DNA of 64,000 bases, taken from positions 82,156,822-82,220,821 of the forward strand of contig NC_068989.1 of NCBI RefSeq assembly GCF_001194135.2, written 5' to 3'. Source of the stretch: Octopus bimaculoides (taxonomy: Eukaryota). This document shows positions 63,290-64,000 of this stretch, piece by piece (position 1 is the stretch's first letter; each line of letters starts with the position of its first letter). Made by a program: the position numbers and the translations under genes. The notes under the pieces were generated by a model. It was not told the origin of the DNA. It saw only the letters and a list, made by a program, of their open reading frames with translations, and made no database searches.

Positions 63290-63924
63290 CAGTAGTACCT
63301 CGGTTTATGAACACCTCTGATCACGAATAAATCGTGCTTTATGTACCTGTGCCAGTGGAGTACTAACAGCACTGTCTAAGCGTGATCATTGCTAGAGCAG
63401 CTGTCTGGCTTCCGTGCCAGTGGCACGTAAATAGCACCATTTGAGCATGATCATTACCAGCATCACCTTACTGGCACCTGTGCCAGTGGCATGTTAGAAA
63501 ACATTCAAGCGAGGTCATTGCCAGTGCCGCTGGACTGGCTCCTGTGCAGGTGGCACGTAAAAAAACACCATTTTCAGCATGGCCGTTGCCAGTACTGCCT
63601 GACTGGCCCTCGTGTCAGTGGCACATAAAAGCACCAACTACAATCTTGGAGTGGTTGGTGTTAGGAAGGGCATCCAGCTGTAGAAACTCTGCCAGATCAG
63701 ACTGGAGTCTGGTGTAGCCATCCAGTTCGCCAGTCCTCAGTCAAATCGNNNNNNNNNNTCTGCCAGATCAGACTGGAGTCTGGTGTAGCCATCCAGTTCG
63801 CCAGTCCTCAGTCAAATCGTCCAACCCATGCTAGCATGGAAAGCAGACGTTAAATGATGATGATGATATGTATAAAGCATGATTTATTCATGATCTGAGG
63901 TGTTCAAAAACCGAGGTACTACTG
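63290..63924. mobile_element. Tigger-like hairpin MITE split at its centre by a SINE family C insertion (about 63340-63868)
   Basis: TIR CAGTAGTACCTCGGTTT..GAACAC at both ends. Inner arms GATCACGAATAAATCGTGCTTTA / TAAAGCATGATTTATTCATGATC. Confidence 0.85.
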
Positions 63925-63925
63925 A

Positions 63926-63971
<46 letters not shown>

Positions 63972-64000
63972 ATATATATATATACATATATATATATATA

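Overview
AT-rich, repeat-dense eukaryotic genomic DNA from a scaffold assembly with N gaps. The SINE families, microsatellite load and LINE/Penelope remnants fit a cephalopod, most likely Octopus; this is inferred from recalled repeat consensus sequences, not a database search. I cannot recognise any protein-coding gene. Nearly all ORFs in the supplied track are translations of microsatellites, gaps or degraded transposons. The best-supported gene-like structure is a CpG-enriched TATA/CCAAT/E-box/ETS promoter at about 60.83-61.17 kb firing leftward (minus strand). It is followed by a non-coding first exon (about 60830-60582) with two overlapping uORFs and a CAG|GTAAAC donor. Most of the window would then be a giant first intron. 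Notable items in that presumed intron: a foldback element and a hairpin close to exon 1; a Penelope-associated minimal hammerhead ribozyme on the sense strand (54258-54196); a textbook recursive-splice AG|GT site 34.8 kb from the donor (25752/25751); a dense CRE cluster with a nearby AP-1 site (16.4-17.2 kb); many inverted SINE pairs; and several weak orphan exon candidates on both strands. The host gene cannot be named, and exons could be hidden in the N gaps.
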